A stretch of DNA of 64,000 nt, taken from positions 34,224,001 to 34,288,000 of the forward strand of contig NC_043005.1 in the NCBI RefSeq assembly GCF_006345805.1, written 5' to 3'. The notes beneath the pieces are model-generated. The model was given only the letters and a program-made list of their open reading frames with translations. It ran no database searches and had not been told where the DNA came from. A program made the position numbers and the translations under genes. Positions 12,411 to 25,189 of the stretch are shown here, one piece after another. Numbering within the stretch: the first letter of the stretch is position 1; each line of letters opens with the position of its first letter. This stretch comes from Octopus sinensis. Its lineage: Eukaryota.

Positions 12411-13443
12411 ATTGTTTGTCTCCTTGTCTTGACATCACTCAGTGGTTATAAACAAGTAATGTCTCTTATTGCCAGTCTTTCATGGAAACATGTGATAATG
12501 AAGATGGTTAGGATAGATAAGAGCATTGGAGTACCTTAAATATAGTCAGAGTAAATGCTTTGTGATGTTTAACCCTAGCATCAACCCTTCTGGGTTTATA
12601 TTATATGGTGAGTGACTTTGAATTTTGGTCTTTTGAGGCTCAATGAAGTAAGAACTGTTTATGTATCAGGATTAATTCAATCAACTCCATCCTTCTCTTC
12701 TTGACAAAATTATGACTTGTGCCAAAGTTAAAAACCAATTTTATTATCTGGTTCATGTTTCAGATTTTAATTTTCTGTTTATTATTACATTTTCATGTTT
12801 TAATTTAAATAATGTTATTTATTTTTTACATTGCAACAATGGTATTGTTGAAATGAAAACAAATACTGTGTGATAAATAAGAGGATGACATATATCCCAA
12901 GAAATTCCATTTACAATTTCTAGATTCATAAATTCTTTTGATGTATTGATAATATAATTAACTAATTAACTATTAGTTCCAAACCAATTCTTGACAATGT
13001 TGCGTGATTATGTTATTTGTCTGCATTAAGATTTCCACAATACATGAGGTCTACTAATTTATAAAAGTGTTTATTTTTGTCTTTCACTGACATTTTTTGG
13101 AAAACTAAGACCATACACATTTGTCTGTGTTCTTTAAAATTAAGAAATTAACCCTCTATAAATTTATGTAGTATGACTGATTCCACTGAATTTAGGGATG
13201 TCATGTAATTCTTTCTGATAATTTTGAGATTGTCATTTGTAATAACCAGTAGTTCTATGTTATGTGCATTCTACATGGATTATTTTACATACCAAAAATA
13301 TTTCCGATTTTTTTAATCACCCTCAAAGAATGGAAGATAAAATGGAAACCAGGAATTGATCCTACAGCACAAAGAACTAACTAAAACTTATACAGTCATA
13401 TCAATCTCTACAATCATGTATGCTACCAATATTTCATGACATT

Positions 13444-13660
13444 AAGATAGTGAGCTGACAGAATTGTTAGCATACTGGGCAAAATGTTTAGCAGCATTTT
13501 GTCTGTCTTTACATCCTGATCTCAAATTCCTCCAAGGTCGACTTTGCCTTTCATCCTTTCGGGGTCGATGAAGAAAGTACCAGATGAACACTGAGTAGGG
13601 GGCCAATGTAATCGACTTACCCTTTCCCTAAAATTGCTGGCTTTGTGCCAAAATTTGAAA
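13444..13660 (+). mobile_element. SINE family B with 19-bp TSD
   Basis: Nin-like core; ACCAATATTTCATGACATT at 13425-13443 and 13660-13678. Confidence 0.9.
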
Positions 13661-14135
13661 CCAATATTTCATGACATTCATTTTACAGGATTCTGGTTCT
13701 GCCAGTTTAATTTACCTTTCCTTTCCTTTTCTTAGACATTTGGTGTGATTTGTCATATGCTCTCAGTTTTCTGAATTTTTTTTTTTTTTTTGATAGAGAA
13801 GAGTCTTAACAAATATTTTTTAATCTTATCAGTGATGCTTTTTATTTTATGACCCAGAATCAATTAGCCCGACAGAACAATAGTTGATGTGTCTGGGAAT
13901 GAAAATAAAGTGAAAGTTTAAAAAAAGTCACAATTTTGGTTATGAAATAAATTACAGAGAAAATATCACATTTCATATAAATACCATAAATGATAGAAGA
14001 GTTTAGCTTGTGTATGTTTAGCTTGTCTTTCTTGTCCTAAATTCTATATTCTCTATTAAATTGAGGAGAGAATGTACATCTTCTACACACAAATCTCAGA
14101 GTTCTAATTAGAGTTAGGGCTTTTACAGTTGTTTG

Positions 14136-14268
14136 GGGAGATAGGTAAACATCTAATTTAGACAATGGTGCTTAGGGAGCTAGATAAACACTTTTTCCAG
14201 ACAATGTTGTTTGGGGAGCTAGATAAACATCCAATACCAGGCAATGGTGTTTAGAGAGTTAGACAAAC
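14136..14268. repeat. Minisatellite, about 3.4 copies of a 39-40 bp unit
   Basis: GGGAGCTAGATAAACA...AGACAATGGTG recurs with 39-40 bp period. Confidence 0.8.
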
Positions 14269-14829
14269 TGATATCCTAGATTACATGTAAGTGTACATAA
14301 ATCATCTTTAATTCAATACCCTAAATAAATCAACAAAATTAAAAAGTGTTATAAAATCAATTTATTGATTGAATTTGAATGATTTTTTCGTGACACTTTT
14401 CTGCAATTTCTGTAACTTTTATTCTTAGGTCTGATATATATTGTATGATTGTAACAATGCTCATGATCTATTCTTAGTCTCAAATGTTGTTAGATTTCAC
14501 AATATTTCCTTTGTCTGAGCCATTTCATACCTTTGTGTTCTTTTTTTAATTAATGTCACTAATATACTAGGTTTCCTTCAATCAACAATAAATCTCTACT
14601 TACATTCAAAACCATTTTACTTAAATAACAGAAACCATTATTCATTCATTTGGTAGACCCCTAAAATATTGATTTCCCAAATCTCTCTCTATATAAAATT
14701 CTTTGTTTGTCTGTGTCTTCCCTAATCATTCTCAAACAGCTCCACCAAATCAAATTTTATAGGTGTCAACAGGTAATTTTTATTTTCATTTGGATTTAAA
14801 CAATATAATATTTTCTCAAAAATGATCTT

Positions 14830-15450
14830 TCTGTAGTAAAGGACATTTTATACCACGATGATGATGACATATATTTCGTATATGAGTGTGTATGTGTCTG
14901 TCAGTGTATGCATGTTTGTTATGTACGAGATAGTAAAGGATGTTTTATACCCTGATGACGACAATGACAACACATTTTGTATATGAGTGTGTATGTGTCT
15001 CTCAATGTGTGTCTATTTGTGCATTCGTTACGTATGACATAGTAATGGGTATTTTATACCATCACCACCACCACCATGACACATTTTGTATATGAGTGTG
15101 TATGTGTCTGAGTGTGTGTGTGATTGCTCATTCATTAAGTACAGGATAATAAAGGACATTTTATACCATGACAATATCGATGATACATTTTATATATGAG
15201 TGTGTATGTGTTTGTCAGTGTGTGTGTGTGTGTTCATTATGTACGACATAGGAAAGGATATTTTATGTCACCCCCCCCACCACACATTTTGTACATGAGT
15301 GTATATGTGTCTGTGAGTGTGTGTGTTTGCATGTTCATTACATACAATGACATAGTAAAGGACATTTCATACCATGACGACGACGATGACACATTCTGTA
15401 TATGAATGTGTGCGTGTCTGTGAGTATGTGTGTTTGCACATTTGTTACAT
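14830..15450. repeat. Six tandem units of about 100-110 bp inside the Helitron
   Basis: TAGTAAAGGACATTTTATACC...ACATTTTGTATATGAGTGTG at about 14834, 14931, 15040, 15148, 15249, 15353. Confidence 0.85.
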
Positions 15451-15559
15451 AAATGTATGTCTGTGTGTGTCTGTCTTACTCTATGCATGTGAGTGTATGT
15501 GAGAGTGCATGTGTGTGTCAGTGTATGTGAGAGTGTATGTGTGTGTCAGTGTATGTGTG

Positions 15560-16165
15560 ATTGTCAATTACACTGATGTAAGCTGGCTATGTGAAAGAGC
15601 TATACTGGCTCCAACTAATGAAATGGTTGATAAGCTCAATCACGAACTTCAAAAGTTAACAGACACTTCAGAAATTACTTTTCCATCAATTCACACAATA
15701 GTCAATCAAAATTAGACTGTTGAAGACCCTGTTGAATTTCTGGACACACTTAAACCCACTGAGCTGCCACCACATAACTTGGCACTAAACTGGATGCTCC
15801 CATTATATTGCTTAGGAATCTTGACCCACCTTGCCTGTGTAATGGAACTCACATAATTGTTACTTCCATGTCCAACAGGCAACAATCATAACAGGTAATC
15901 ACAAAGAAGAAAATGTCTTTATTCCAAAATTTCCTCTTATACCTACAGATGTCCCATTTAAGAGGCTTCAGCTTCCAGTCAAACTAAGTTTTGGTATTTC
16001 AATTAACAAATCTCAGGGTCAATCCCTCAAGGTAGTTGGACTTCATCTCTCTACTACATGCTTCTCCCATAGTTGCTCATGATTTGGAAGCAGCAACAGT
16101 TTATTCATTTCGATACCAACAAAAAATTACACAATGAATATTGTTCATCTGAGGTGCTTCAAGAT
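15560..16165 (+). pseudogene. Helitron PIF1-type helicase C-terminal remnant
   Basis: WLCERAILAPTN, PIILLRNLDPPCLCNGT, VFIPKFPLIP, KRLQLPVKLSFGISINKSQGQSL across frameshifts. Confidence 0.9.
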
Positions 16166-16397
16166 TGACACACTTTCAATTCTAAATCCTATTATCATTA
16201 CAATTTAGATATTTTTAAATAATTTTTTAAATAAAATATAGATATTTTGAAATGATGATGAGAAAAGTATATCTTCATATTTATTGTTCACCAATCTGAA
16301 TAAGAACAGCAGTAACCCAGGCAATGTCAGGTAATTCAGCAAATCATAAATTTTCTTATCTCAGTTACTATCTTTAATCTATACCCTATTTTATATG

Positions 16398-16937
16398 ATA
16401 ACATATCTATTCATTCTCAATATGTTCTGACAGATTCAAACAAGAATAACTTGATTGCTGTTATTTTCATCATTGGAAAACATCTCCATTTAGATGATGT
16501 CTGTTCAAAACAATGTGTGATTCACTATTATAATGGAAATTTGGGATGCCACTGTGTTTCAACCTTATTGTGTGTCTCCTCAGTCAAAGGTACTCCACTC
16601 GACTAATGAATCTGACAAGAGTACAGGTCTCTTGTTTATAGAAATCAACAAACAAGTTTGCTTCAGCAAAAAATTTGTTTGCTGATTCCTTTAAACAAGA
16701 GCTTATACTCATCTGGTTCATTGATTTGGGGATAGCTTTTGACTGAGGAGACACAAAATATGGCTGAAGCACTAGTGTCTCAAACTCCACAAACAGTGGT
16801 GAATCACATATGTTATGAACACACATTATATAAAGGGAGGAGATGTCACCTAATGACAAAAAAAATAAAGATGTTAGCAATCAGATATTTACCATTTGAA
16901 TTTTTCAGGACATGTTGAGAATGAATAAATATATTAT
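16398..16937. repeat. Long imperfect palindrome (fold-back element), arms about 265 bp
   Basis: TATTCATTCTCAA/TTGAGAATGAATA, TGTGTCTCCTCAGTCAAA/TTTGACTGAGGAGACACA and CTCTTGTTTA/TAAACAAGAG pair symmetrically about a centre near 16664. Confidence 0.9.
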
Positions 16938-17394
16938 TGCAGAGTTCTGTGTGCTCCTTGTCAACTATTTTATATGATGCCTTAGAAGCAAGGTCTTTTC
17001 CTGTTTTACCTCAGAGGTTCATTCCTTAGAATGGATGCAATATAGGCAAATAGCCAAAAAGTTCATTTTGCAATCATGAGATTAGGGGTTTAATCCCACT
17101 GAGTAGCACCTTTGGCAAGTGTTTTACCTGGGTCAAAGAAAACCTTGTGAGTGAAAGTAGGTTGATGAAAACTATATTAAAGCCCAAAGAAGTGATTGTA
17201 AATATAATTCAAAGGTACATATTTGTCATACACTGATTCTGTCTAAGGAAAATGTTAAGTGTACATGGATCCATGGAACATTTAGCTAATCCAATGAACA
17301 AATGAATCAGTTGAGCAAACAAGTGAAATCTCATTGTTGGAACCAATGCTGAACGATTTTGCACATTTCTACACATTTTAGTTCTAGAAATGGT

Positions 17395-17622
17395 TTAACC
17401 CTTTAGTGTTTAAACCGGCCATATCCAGCCCAAATATTCTACATGTTTTATATTCAAACTGGTGATATCTAACCGCTCACACCTAACCTACATTGACATT
17501 CTAAAAATAAACAATCACATCATTGAAACCCCAAAGCTATCAGATAATGCTTGATTAATTCAAAACAATTTGAGTGAAAAAGCATTACATTTAACAGAGT
17601 AATCTGAATATTAAAGGGTTAA
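17395..17622 (+). mobile_element. piggyBac-like MITE family 2
   Basis: TTAA-CCCTTTA ... TAAAGGG-TTAA termini; copies at 24335 and 44286. Confidence 0.85.
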
Positions 17623-17721
17623 AGCTCACACACAACAATATAGCAGACAGAACATGAATTTGTCCTCACTAGTTTGATGTAAAACTCCATAATGATATTT
17701 AAAATGTCTTAGTTGTTTAAT

Positions 17722-17924
17722 CAATTTGATACCAGCCTCATTAGTACTGTCTCTGGTTTTATGATAAAAACTTCCTGTTTTAAAGTTATCTCAGTTAAAA
17801 CCTTCCATGAAAATTTCATACTATGCCTCAAGCACTAGTTTACTAATGACAAAGCTATCTAATTAAATTCTTCATTAATTAAAAAAAAGTAATTTCAATA
17901 GAACTATTGTAACAAAAGGGTTAA
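17722..17924 (-). mobile_element. piggyBac-like MITE family 1
   Basis: Ends ACAAAAGGG-TTAA; reverse-complement similarity to 9644-9882. Confidence 0.65.
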
Positions 17925-18277
17925 TTCACTGCACCAAAACAAAAATTAGTCATAAGACACCTACTTCTGGTATCTACTGAACATCTATATCTAACACAGA
18001 CAATATGATTTGTGTCTGACTTATTTCGATACTTAATTCATATCTTATTTGTTTTTATTTCATTTTATATGCAGTTTCTGCATCAAATTGATTAAATACT
18101 TGGCAACAACTAACTGGATGGGCTGGAACAGTTTAAAACATCTTTTCTGTAATGTTTTCATATTTGGACATAAAAAACGACTGCTTTGACTCTAACATGT
18201 CTAAAGGAGGGTGTGGATGCAAATTACATACACACACACACACACACACACACACCACACACACACACACTCACATA

Positions 18278-19310
18278 CAGAATGTTTGGGATAAATTAGA
18301 GGAGTTTTTTATGTCTCCTTTTTTCAGAAATAGCTTCATGTATTGGTGAGTAGTCAATGGTGTTGGAGAGCATAACGCCTAAAGTTGTAGTCGAGAAAAA
18401 GTTAGCTGACTTAAAGGACTGGAAGACATTTGAATATTGGGAAAGAGTTACTTGTATCATGATGCTATCATAATGCTGGCATTATGACTGTTGCTCAATG
18501 TTCTGTATACGCTGTAAGATGTGACATGGACATCATGAAAACTGTAACAGTCACTGTGTGTCTCTAGTGAGAGTGATAGCATGCTGTCCCACATCTTTCA
18601 ACAGCTCAGTTTAGGCAAGTATATGATATCTGCTGGAGACTGTGTGCAATGCCTTGTTGAACAGGATTGCTGCTAGAAGGCCATAAATGTGGCAGCAGGA
18701 TCTGGTTTCTTATTTCTTTACTGCTCACAAGGGGCTGCACACAGAGGGGACAAACAGGGACAGACAAACGGATTAAGACGATTATATCGACCCCAGTGTG
18801 TAACTGGTACTTATTTAATCAACCCCAAAAGGATGAAAGGTAAAGTCTATCCAGGCGGAATTTGAACTCAGAACGTAGTGGCAGACGAAATACTGCTAAG
18901 CATTTTGCCCAGCATGCTAACATTTTTGCCAGCTTGCTGCCTTGGATTGCTGCTGGAAGGCCATATATGTGGCAGCAGGATCTGGTTTCTTGCTCTACCT
19001 TTGGAAATGGTCAAAGTGGTTGTTAGAAAATTTCTATGACTTCAATAGCTCCAATTTCTGGCTTCCTAATTCCCTTGATTGTAATCCCATGGAATAATAT
19101 GTGTTAGATGCAATTTGAGAAAGACACCAACTGCTCTACTTACAGCACCAAGGCTGAGCTGGTAGCCAAGATCAAGGAAATGCTTCAAGATCTTCTTAGG
19201 AATGCAGTGAAGAATGCTTGCACCGGGTTTGGAGTCATCTTGAGGACATGGTGGAAACTGAGGGTGGCTACATTGAGTAAACTATTATCTTCCTGCCATA
19301 ACCTTGAATA
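18278..19310 (+). mobile_element. Highly decayed maT/DD37D-like transposon interrupted by a SINE
   Basis: NFWLPNS.DCNPME.YV motif near 19055-19105 and C-terminal helix STKAELVAKIKEM...VKNACTGF. Confidence 0.55.
18712..18943 (-). mobile_element. SINE family B flanked by a 48-bp direct repeat
   Basis: Reverse-complement head and Nin core; flanks 18664-18711 and 18944-18991 differ at 2 positions. Confidence 0.9.
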
Positions 19311-19618
19311 AAGTGGCATAAGATTGTCAATAAAGTTGTATAGGATTGTCAACCTTTGGATTAGAATGTGTACTACAACTGATTTAATAATAAATGACTA
19401 AATTCACCAGACTATAATATTAAAGGATCCAGCAGAAACATGTATTGAAATATAATATGAAAAAAATTTAATGTTTTTAAAGTGAATCTTAAAGATGTGC
19501 AGCTCTCTATTCTTCATTATTATTATGTCTTGATATAAGACAGTGAGTGAGTAGAATCATTAGCATGCCAGGCAAAATGCTTAGTGGCATTTCAGTATAT
19601 ATATATATATATATATAT

Positions 19619-19941
19619 AAACCATCTTCTGCAAGTTCTTTCATTCAAGCATTCTTTCCCATAAACTGAGTGTATGTTTTGAGTCGCTTCTGCTGCAGAG
19701 TTTCCTTTTTTGTACTCATAAAGCATTATGTACCTCAAATGCTCTTTGGATACTTCCATGTTAGAAAGGGTTTTATTCAAAGAAATTTTAATTCTGTTCT
19801 GTAAAATAATATTTAATTAGTTTAAATGTACACAAATGCATAAAAATAATTTTTAATTCCATTAGACATTCTGAAATACAATTAAATTTCATTCAATTTT
19901 TAAAAAAGGTAAAATCAGATAGAAGTTATGGGATGACCTGA
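19619..19941 (-). mobile_element. Truncated 5' piece of the mariner seen at 5701-6891
   Basis: Same TIR and MEVSKEHLRYIMLYEYKKGNSAAEATQ...RRWF, truncated at a TA tract. Confidence 0.93.
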
Positions 19942-20209
19942 TATATAGAGAGAGATACATTGGTGGCAAAAGATAAAGTTATTATTTCTTGAAGCAAATT
20001 ATATTTTTTCTATTATAATTTATAGAAAACTTTTTCTTTGGGACATAGATTCTGAAAGCCTAACTTGTTCCTCTCGAGGATGCAACATTTCAGAGTTTTT
20101 CTGGGGTAAACTACATACATTTGCATTTATATAGTAGAATATAGCCACACACATATTCACACATACACGTTTGTGTGTGCGTGTGTATGTGTGTGTGTGT
20201 ATGCACATA

Positions 20210-20545
20210 TAGGGGTCACACCTTTGGTCATGAATGACCATAGGACAGCACCTAGAAAGTAACCCTCTGAGACACAAGTCCGAGCAAGATTGTTTATGGA
20301 AGACCAGCGGTCAGTTATGCATACCAGCCTCCCCACTCCATGCCACCGATGTTATCCAAGGGAAAGGCAAAGGCCAATATAGCTTGGCACCAGTGACGTC
20401 ACAACTCATTTCTATGGCTGAGTGAACTGGAGCAACATGAAATAAAGTGTCTTGCTCAAGAACACAACATGCAGCCTGACCTGGGAATCAAACTCACAAC
20501 CTCACAATCGTAAGCTCGAAGCTATAACCACTGAACCATGCATAT
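20210..20545 (-). mobile_element. SINE family C, full length
   Basis: tRNA-like head TGGTTCAGTGGTTATAGC...GAGTTTGATTCCC, core CTTGAGCAAGACACTTTATTTCATGTTGCTCCAGTTCACTCAGC. Confidence 0.8.
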
Positions 20546-20556
20546 ATATATATATA

Positions 20557-20950
20557 TCATCATCATCATCATCATCATCGTTTAACATCCGTTTTCCGCT
20601 CTAGCACGGGTTGGACGGTTTGACCGGGGTTTGGGAAGCCAGGGGCTGCACCAGGCTCCAGTCTGATCTGGCAGAGTTCCTACAGCTGGATGCCCTTCCT
20701 AACGCCAACCACTCCGCGAGTGTAGTGGGTGCTTTTTACGTGCCACCTGCATAGGTGCCAGGGGGTGTCCGGCATCGGCCACAATCGGTTGGAGCTTTTA
20801 ACGTGCCACCGGCACGGAAGCCAGCCAAGGCAGCGCTGGCAACGGCCACGTTCGGATGGTGCTTTTTATGTGCCACCAGCACAGAAGCCAGTCGGGGCGG
20901 CGCTGGCATCGGCCACGTTCGGATGGTGCTTTTTATGTGCTACCGGCACA
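20557..20950 (-). mobile_element. RTE 3' UTR fragment
   Basis: (CAT)n tail and repeated GTGCCACCGGCAC units, matching 25405-25740. Confidence 0.9.
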
Positions 20951-21704
20951 TATATATGCACACACACACATACATAGAGAGATAGAGGAATGGAGAGTCA
21001 AGCTTTCAAATGTTTAAATTCAATACATGTATTTATGTGTGTGTGTGTATGTGTTAGATATGTTGTAAAGACATTTCATAGAGATAAAACAACAGTTTAG
21101 CTCATACAAAAATGTGTCTATTCTTTAAGGAAAGATCAATCACAAATGTTGTTTGTTATGAAAATAATGGAAAAGCTCTCAAGGGAAACTTCAACAACAA
21201 ATAACTGCATCATTATGTACATGTCATTCTGCATAGGTGAGTTATCATGAGAAGTATAGAGTTCTTTTCATAGTCAAACAATTCTACAATTCAAGCAGAC
21301 ACACACATATCCACAAAAAAAAAAAATGGTTAGAAAAATATACAAAATCCAAACACACCACACCCAAAACATGGCACTGCATTAGTAACAGAGCTAAGTG
21401 CATACATAGAGTGATATATTTCTATTTTTATAGAAATACGGGTTTTTTCTCTCAGACAATGTTGAAAGCTGCTTAGTAGCATAGGTCAAAGACTGATGGT
21501 TAGATTTGTTTTGTAATGAAAGTTAGCAAGATTTTAAGATATTCCCTAAATACATCAACTGGCACTTGACTCTTGAAGCTGAAATTTTAGATTATAACAT
21601 CTTAATAAATACCCTGGCACAGATATCGAATATTCTCCTTCTTATCTACTATATTACCACAATTATACATATATATATTTTATCTTTTGTCTTCATATAT
21701 ATAT

Positions 21705-22112
21705 AATTTTTTGTCTTTTATCTGTTTCAATCATTAGATTGAGGTCATGCTGGGGCACTACCTTGAAGAAATTTTAGTCAAATGGATTGACCTCAGTACT
21801 TATTTTTAAGTCTGGTACTTATTCTATTGTCTCTTTTTGTCGAACTGCAAAGTTACAGGGATGTAAATAAACCAAGCGGTGATAGGGGACAAACACAGAC
21901 ACAAAGACACTCCCACCACACATATACACATACACACAACCACACACATATGATGGGCTTCTTTCAGTTTCTGTCCACCAAATCCAGTCACAAGGCTTTG
22001 GTTGGTCTGAGACTAGTAGAAGACACTTGCTCAAGGTGCCTCACCGCTGGACTGAACATGGAACCATGTGATTAGGAAGCAATGATTCTAATTACATATC
22101 CATGCCTAGACC
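21705..22112 (-). mobile_element. SINE family A, full length
   Basis: Reverse complement of the head, core and tail of 1470-1870. Confidence 0.85.
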
Positions 22113-22169
22113 TATATAAATATATATATGCATACACACACACACACAGACACAGATACACACACATAT

Positions 22170-22680
22170 TCTCTTTCATTTAGTTCTCCATTAGTTTTGT
22201 CCAGAAGCTGTGGCCATGCTGGGGCATTGCCATCAGCATTAATGCTTGTTTATTTTGGCCTTTTTTCCCAGACCTAGCTCTGGAATTGGCCCTGAAGTAG
22301 TGATCTGGACAGAGCTGCCCATCTTTACATTTCTTGCTGTGATAGGGGTTCTTGAGGTATCTCAAAAAAGAATTTGTCTAAATGTTCTATGAACACATCC
22401 TGTCTATTTCTTGTATATCTCTGAGGTCTTTTAGTATTGAAAAGTTGCAGTCCTTTGAACTGTAAGCTGTTAGAATATTTGGTCCTTATGCTGGATTGAG
22501 AGGGTGATATTTTTGGTACTATGCAGTGACATCCAGTCTGGTTATTGGTATAGATTTCAATTCCAAAGTTGGATGCTACACCTTGTAGGACCTTCCGTGG
22601 ATATATAACTGCATATCTTTCACTTTCTATTTCTAGGGAGTAGAACCTCAGTCCTTTTAGCCTGTTCCAAGTAACTCACC
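22170..22680 (-). mobile_element. Old 3' fragment of the CR1-group LINE
   Basis: Decayed match to LRLYSLE...PNFGIE.YTN..TG.HCIVPKI and the GCCCCAGCATGGCCACAG tail. Confidence 0.75.
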
Positions 22681-22772
22681 TGTTGCCACAAGGCAATCTT
22701 CTTGGTGTTGTGGCATTGATTGCCTTAAGTTCTGCTTCTGAAGTTAGGTTAATGCTTACACCACCACACCCA

Positions 22773-23115
22773 CCATCATCATTTAATGTCCTTTTTCATG
22801 CTGGCATGAGTTGCATGATTTGTCAGGAGCTGGCAAGTGGGCCACCCTTCCTAACACCAACCACTTTACAGAGTATACTGGGTACTTTTAACATGGCATC
22901 AGCACCAGTATCGGTTCTGCTGTGGTAAATGGGTCTTCTTGAGTACAGCAACTTACCAGGTATCTTGGTCCTTTGCCATCTTCATAAGGCTCAGTGTCTT
23001 GAGATTGGCCTTCAGTACTTTATCCCATATCTTCCTGGGTCCCTTCTTTCACAAGTTCCATCCACTTTAAGTGATAAAGTCTTCTGTATGCAACTGCTTA
23101 CATCCATACGCATCC
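22773..23115 (-). mobile_element. Old RTE 3' fragment
   Basis: Decayed ORF end (V.GTC..G.PRKIWDKVLK) plus RTE tail. Confidence 0.7.
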
Positions 23116-23509
23116 TTTATTGCTGAGCATTTTCTCTCAGATATCCAGTTCTTGGGTGCAGTCTGTCTAAGAGTGTCTTAATTTCAAGGCTGCTCTATCA
23201 AATCAATTCTGGTACTTATAGTGAAGCAGGATATGCATGCAACTTGAGGTCCCTCTAATATGCCTCACTATTTTGTGATATTTAGTGGCATCTAAGAGCT
23301 AACATCATTGGTGATCCTCAATTTTCAATCACATGATATTTATACATTTGAGAACTCTAATATTTTGATGTTATTTTGAAAAATACTTTCTGAAATTTTG
23401 AAAGATACTTTCTGTCCAACAGACAACAGGTGGTATGGAATAAACAAGTGAGAGCAAAATCTCCTTTCTAACATATTTTCTGGTATTTATGAAACTAATT
23501 AAATATAAA

Positions 23510-24080
23510 TCTATGGGTCCAATATGCATCCAAGTTGTTTCGTGATTATTCATTTGTTGGAAAAATGAGTTTGCAACAGAAAAGTCAAGTTCATTATAAA
23601 AAGACAGCAGATGCTGTACATTGTTAATCAATCTAACCACACCATGTTTGCCAATCACATCAGACTGATTCTCATAACTAGAACCTAGTTTAATACAGAG
23701 GTATTAAAGCCACCAAGCAGTAGGAACTTTGTTATTAGGTGGGTTTTTTTGTGTGTGTGTGTGAAACAACAAACAGTAAACTATCATTAAAAAAATGTCT
23801 ACATTGAATAAACTGAGTTTTCCACCCTCAGATCTAACTTTTATGTCACAATCAACTTTTATGTCACAATAAATTTTCTACCTCACCTTATCCAGTGGAA
23901 CATGTAGATTTCTTATATTTCTCCTTCTTTGACTGCCAAGAAAACAAGTTTCACTGAGAGCAGCATTATTAATACTATATTTGATTAAGACTTGTGAGAC
24001 AAGAGTCTCCTTCCTCTCAAACCAGAAAGCATCATCTTAAAGAGTTGGCATATTCCAAGACCCAACATTCAATTGCTTCT
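23510..24080 (-). pseudogene. Decayed AP-endonuclease of an RTE/BovB-like LINE
   Basis: AALSET motif and IGKHGV...LLSF..E...ANSFFQQ...TTWMH. Confidence 0.7.
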
Positions 24081-24112
24081 AGCAGTTTACTTAGAATCTT
24101 TTAGAGTATTTC

Positions 24113-24334
24113 ATCATCGTCGTTATTGCTGTTGCTGTCATCGTTGTTGTCACTATCACCATCACTGTTAGTGATGGCAGTGCTGTCACTGTTGCTGTTG
24201 CTTGTCGCTATTGCTGTTGCCGTTGTTATCACCGTTGCAATTGCTATTGCTGTCGCCATCGCTATTGCTGTTGCCACTGCTACCACCTCTGCTGCTGCCT
24301 TTGCTGCTCTTGTCATCGTCATCATATTCATCAT
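24113..24334. repeat. Degenerate trinucleotide repeat (GCT/GTT/CAT)
   Basis: Direct observation. Confidence 0.85.
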
Positions 24335-24563
24335 TTAACCCTTTAGCATTTAAACCAGCTATATCTGGCCAGAAGTATTCTGCCTGTTTTATGTTCAAAC
24401 TGGCCAGATCTGGTCTCTCACACCAACCCTACAATATCGTTTTAAAAATTAACGGCTACCTCATCAAAATCTCATAGCTACAAGATAATGCATGACTAAT
24501 TCAAAACAATGTGGATAAAAAAGCATTAGTTCTGGCAGAATAATGTGAACACTAAAGGGTTAA
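24335..24563 (+). mobile_element. piggyBac-like MITE family 2
   Basis: TTAACCCTTTAG...CTAAAGGGTTAA termini. Confidence 0.88.
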
Positions 24564-25189
24564 AGTCTGCTTTTCATGCTGGCATGGGTAGGATGGTTCA
24601 ACAGGATCTAGTGAACTAGAGGACTGCATCAAGCTCCCATGTCTGCTTTGGTATTTCAACTGCGGGATGCCCTTTCTAACATCAACTGCTTTACAGTGTA
24701 TATCAGTGTATGTATGTCAGGACAGTGGATGCAAGGTCATAGGATCATGGTTTTGATTCCAGGCATGGTGAATGTTTATTGAGCAAAAATACCTAAAGCC
24801 CCATGCATGTGTGTGTGTGTATACAGTAAGATAATCGAATGGTTAGGATGCAGCAGCAAGAATTTTGGAGAAGGTGTAATTTGAGAAGATGTAATTGATG
24901 TTGTTGTTGTTAAGCAACAAGACGGGTAAGGGTGATTAGGTGATGGTCTAGAGCTTAGGGGCGGGAGACCCCAGACCTTGGAAAAAAAACTTTGGTTGTC
25001 TTGTTGTAGTTGAGGGCTCTTTGTTGACGCCCGACACCACTGGGATGTGGCCCTCGAAGTCGCTAGAAATGGAGATCTCCAGGTCCAAATTCTTGAACAG
25101 CAGATGTAATTGATGGAGCACAATGTCTCATGTGCAAGCTTTCTACGTATGTATCTATCTTTCTATCTATACACATACATACATATATA

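Larger units (their letters stand above)
14682..16343 (+). mobile_element. Non-autonomous Helitron (internally deleted)
   Basis: A|TC...TATATAAAATT 5' end, PIF1 helicase remnant, decayed 3' hairpin ACCCAGGCAATGTCAGGT followed by a decayed CTAG-T equivalent. Confidence 0.75.

Noticed and set aside
16584-16880. 98-aa ORF behind an acceptor-like sequence
   Set aside because: Lies wholly in the fold-back; no recognisable domain.
20700-20950. CRISPR-like repeat/spacer pattern
   Set aside because: Eukaryotic RTE 3' UTR; spacers resemble each other; no cas genes.
24776-25123. CpG-containing 115-aa ORF
   Set aside because: No motif recognised; probably an unidentified repeat fragment.
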